From assembly GCF_964204645.1 (NCBI RefSeq), contig NC_134027.1, positions 5,364,485 through 5,428,484 on the forward strand: a stretch of 64,000 nucleotides of DNA, read 5' to 3'. Of the stretch, positions 60,172 to 64,000 are shown piece after piece (the stretch's first letter is position 1; each line of letters opens with the position of its first letter). Made by a program: the position numbers and the translations under genes. The notes under the pieces were generated by a model. It was not told where the DNA came from, ran no database searches, and saw only the letters and a list, made by a program, of their open reading frames with translations. This DNA is from Tubulanus polymorphus (Eukaryota > Animalia > Nemertea).

Positions 60172-63124
60172 GATTGATGTCTGTCTGCAGAGTTTCCAGA
60201 ACCTGTCATGTCAGGTCTTAAGACCTGACATGACAGGTCTGACCTGTCATGTCAGGTCCCGAAAAAACCCAAACTCATGACAATATTTGACGGAACGGCG
60301 AAATATCTAGGCATGTGTTAGACGAATGGAAGAACATTTTGAGTTGAATGAATATTCTGACCCGTCGTTAATATCGAAAATGATTCAACAATAACGATAA
60401 GGAAAATGTTCTGACAAATAATTCATTTGAAAGGTTGATTTATAAGAAGAAAATATTTATGTGTAAACTATGACTTATTTCTGTATTAAAGGTAAAAAAT
60501 AAGTTTCAGGCAAAGATGAATTAATTAATGTAGAAATAAGAGCACATTATAAGAGAATATTTTCGCTAGATGAATCGAGGTCTTGATATTTCGTTTCCGC
60601 AATAAGACACTGAAAATTATCTGCTCACTATCACAGTTCGGCAACACTCCTCACTGTCCTGAAGTCCTGAAGTCTCACTATATATATTCATTGTCTTTAT
60701 GATGTACATGTAAAAGAGCCGAATGCAATATAGAGACTGATTTTATTGAGACTGATTTTAAATCAACTCATCAATTTAAAGCATGAAGTTTTTTTCTTAT
60801 ATCAGTTTTAATGCAGACCTGTCACCACAGGTCCCGAGAAGCTCTGTAAAATGGCGCGAGCTGCCGTGTGAGGTCTCGCTTCATAATTATTGTTTTGTAG
60901 TAACTTAAGATTAACTATATCCATGGTTAGCAATCTATATTATATTCATTACTATAAAGATACCATAAAAAGTAAAGTTTTTTCCATTTCATCAGTTTTC
61001 AAGCAGACCTGTCACCACAGGTCTCGAGAAGCTCTGCAAAATGGCGCGAGCTGCCGTGTGAGGTCTCGCTTCAAAATTATTGTTTTATAGAAACTTAAGA
61101 TTAACTCTATCTATGGTTAGCAATTTATATTATACTCTTTACTATATAAAGGTTATAAAAAGTAAAGTTTTTTCAATTTCATCAGTTTTAGTGCAGACCT
61201 GTCACCACAGGTCCCGAGAAGCTCTGCAAAATGGCGCGAGCTGCCGTGTCAGGTCTCGCTTCAAAATTATTGTTTTATAGTAACTTAAGATTAATTCTAT
61301 CCATGGTTAGCAATTTATATTATACTCTTTACTATAAAGAGACCATAAAAATCAATGTTTTCCTTCATTTTATCAGTTTTAATGCAGACCTGTCACCACA
61401 GGTCTCGAGAAGTTTTCCTTCATTTTATCAGTTTTAATGCAGACCTGTCACCACAGGTCTCGAGAAGCTCTGCAAAATGGCGCGAGCTGCCGTGTCAGGT
61501 CTCGCTTCATAATTATTGTTTTTTAGTAACTTAAGATTAACTATATCCATGGTTAGCAATCTATATTATATTCATTACTATAAAGATACCATAAAAAGTA
61601 AGTTTTCAAGCAGACCTGTCACCACAGGTCTCGAGAAGCTCTGCAAAATGGCGCGAGCTGCCGTGTGAGGTCTCGCTTCAAAATTATTGTTTTGTAGTAA
61701 CTTAAGATTAACTATATCTATGGTTAGCAATCTTTATTATATTCATTACTATAAAGATACCATAAAAAGTAAAGTTTTTTCCATTTCATCAGTTTTCAAG
61801 CAGACCTGTCACCACAGGTCCCGAGAAGCTCTGCAAAATGGCGCGAGCTGCCGTGTGAGGTCTCGCTTCAAAATTATTGTTTTATAGTAACTTAAGATTA
61901 ACTCTATCTATGGTTAGCAATTTATATTATACTCTTTACTATATAAAGGTTATAAAAAGTAAAGTTTTTTCAATTTCATCAGTTTTAATGCAGACCTGTC
62001 ACCACAGGTCCCGAGAAGCTCTGCAAAATGGCGCGAGCTGCCGTGTGAGGTCTCGCTTCAAAATTATTGTTTTGTAGTAACTTAAGATTAACTATATCCA
62101 TGGTTAGCAATCTATATTATATTCATTACTATAAAGATACCATAAAAAGTAAGTTTTCAAGCAGACCTGTCACCACAGGTCTCGAGAAGCTCTGCAAAAT
62201 GGCGCGAGCTGCCGTGTGAGGTCTCGCTTCATAATTAATGTTTTTTAGTAACTTAAGATTAACTATATCCATGGTTAGCAATCTATTTTATATTCATTAC
62301 TATAAAGATACCATAAAAAGTAAAGTTTTTTCCATTTCATCAGTTTTCAAGCAGACCTGTCACCACAGGTCCCGAAGCTCTGCAAAATGGCGCGCGTTGC
62401 CGTGTGAGGTCTCGCTTCATAATTATTGTTTTATAGTAACTTAAGATTAACTCTATCTATGGTTAGCAATTTATATTATACTCTTTACTATAAAGAGACC
62501 ATAAAAATTAATGTTTTCCTTCATTTCATCAGTTTTAATGCAGACCTGTCACCACAGGTCTCGAGAAGCTCTGCAAAATGGCGCGAGCTGCCGTGTCAGG
62601 TCTCACTTCAAAATTATTGTTTTATAGTAACTTAAGATTAACTCTATCTATGGTTAGCAATTTATATTATACTCTTTACTATATAAAGGTTATAAAAAGT
62701 AAAGTTTTTTCAATTTCATCAGTTTTAGTGCAGACCTGTCACCACAGGTCCCGAGAAGCTCTGCAAAATGGCGCGAGCTGCCGTGTGAGGTCTCGCTTCA
62801 AAATTATTGAAATCAAATAATTCACAATCATTGCATCTTTACAAGGCAAACATAAATTCTTAAATGAATTCATAACACACCATAGTTTGTTTTTTGTTTT
62901 TGAATAATATATTCAGAAAGCACTAAGATATGTTCTTTTTGTTTCTTATCGGCTATCATTTGTTTTAAATCCGCGCCTATCATATCTTCTAATCGTCTAT
63001 CATCGGTTCAGTCATTACGATTTTCATTTTAGCAAATCGACCTGTCACCTGAGGTCCCACCTGTCATGTCAGGTCTTGGGCCCTGACATGACAGGTTCTG
63101 GAAACTCTGCAGACAGACCTAAAT
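60172..63124. mobile_element. 2.95-kb non-autonomous TIR element (probable 9-bp TSD, Mutator-like) with an internal satellite
   Basis: TIR core GTCTGTCTGCAGAGTTTCCAGAACCTGTCATGTCAGG is perfect at both ends (60179-60215 and 63082-63118). GAAGTAACC occurs at 60163-60171 and 63125-63133. No transposase ORF is present. Confidence 0.85.
60800..62808. repeat. Tandem array of a ~190-bp unit, about 10.5 copies
   Basis: cagacctgtcaccacaggt(c/t)...aaaatggcgcgagctgccgtgtgaggtctcgcttc recurs every ~190 bp, with ~171-bp and 55-bp variants. Confidence 0.97.
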
Positions 63125-63383
63125 GAAGTAACCACATTATAGTATATATTTTAGTCTCCATGCTGAATTTATCTTTGCAATTTTGTATTGCCTTTTTAAT
63201 GGCTTTTCAATAATAAATTATACTTTTTGTTTGTATAATGATGCTAAAACTATGTAGAAATCGCTATAATTCTTCATTTCGAAAAGACGAAGATTATTAA
63301 TCTCTACCCAGACGCTTGTGTATGACGTCATTTGGGATTTTCTGGGATTCCCGTTGCGAGTGAGGAAACACATCTTCAAAACC

Positions 63384-64000
63384 ATGAAATTACGTGTAAA
63401 ATATGGCCCTCGAAGGATTGTCATCGATATCGAAGGCGTTAGTTTGGAAGAATGTACATTAATGGAATTGAAGAAAAAGGTTTCAACTGAATTATCTTTA
63501 CCAGTGTAGGTGTTTAAGCTCGCGACAATATCGTAGTAGATGATCAATTCAATTCAATTATACTTTATTCATCAATCGTAATTTGTTTGTACCATTTTTT
63601 ACAATTTGAAAATACAACATATATTTTGGAATAACAGAGTATTATATTTGTATCGATCTTAAAAATTAGGGATTTCATCTTGACGAATGCATTTGTTGGT
63701 ACCATGTCCAGTGCCAGTCAGTGGTGTCAACTTTGAAAATTGTATTTCAGAGAATCCTTTGAACTTAGTTTGAATGGAACAGATCAGTTATTGGGTGAAG
63801 ATGTCAGCTTAGCGAATCTCGGGATAGTAGCTGGTGATATGGTAACAGTGCTTTCTACAGTTGAACCTCCTAAACCAAATACTGAACAGAGTTTGGTAAA
63901 TATCATAATCTACCTGATTTTGAATAAAATCTAGAATTGTATGAAAATCTAAATGTCTTCCCTCTGAGATGTGTTTGTTAAGCCTATGATTTATCGGTTC
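63384..64000 (+). CDS. FBXO7: F-box only protein 7-like, N-terminal ubiquitin-like domain (partial; continues beyond the window)
   Basis: MKLRVK...TLMELKKKV and FELSLNGTDQLLGEDVSLANLGIVAGDMV resemble the FBXO7 Ubl domain (MRLRVR...LASYGIVSGDLI). The F-box itself is outside the window. Confidence 0.75.

Noticed and set aside
60800-62808. Regular repeats with a palindromic core, superficially CRISPR-like, plus repeated 66-80 aa ORFs
   Set aside because: Whole ~190-bp units repeat with no unique spacers, there are no cas genes, and the context is eukaryotic. The ORFs are by-products of the satellite.

Overview
AT-rich, gene-dense genomic DNA from an invertebrate animal (short GT-AG introns; the repeat types suggest a lophotrochozoan, which is an inference). 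Twelve host genes can be assembled by hand: PHF8/KDM7-like (+), an ASMT-like O-methyltransferase-fold gene (+), a GhrA-like D-2-hydroxyacid dehydrogenase (-), MRPL38 (+), INTS9 (-), a divergent C/EBP-gamma (-) and C/EBP (+) pair, SPIDR (-), RABGGTA (-), OTUD6B (+), TBK1/IKK-epsilon (-) and the 5' end of FBXO7 (+). Four things stand out. (1) A very young 1.82-kb LTR element (33305-35125) has non-canonical TTTA...TAAA ends, a tRNA-Ala PBS, a PPT and a TTAG target duplication; it carries no gag/pol, only one intact 294-aa orphan ORF. (2) A 2.95-kb TIR element between TBK1 and FBXO7 contains a ~190-bp satellite built around its own subterminal motif. (3) The ASMT-like protein appears mitochondria-targeted and has degenerate SAM-binding and catalytic motifs. 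(4) The CEBPG-CEBP-SPIDR order matches two separate vertebrate linkages. Exon boundaries and family assignments were made by eye and from memory; no searches were run.
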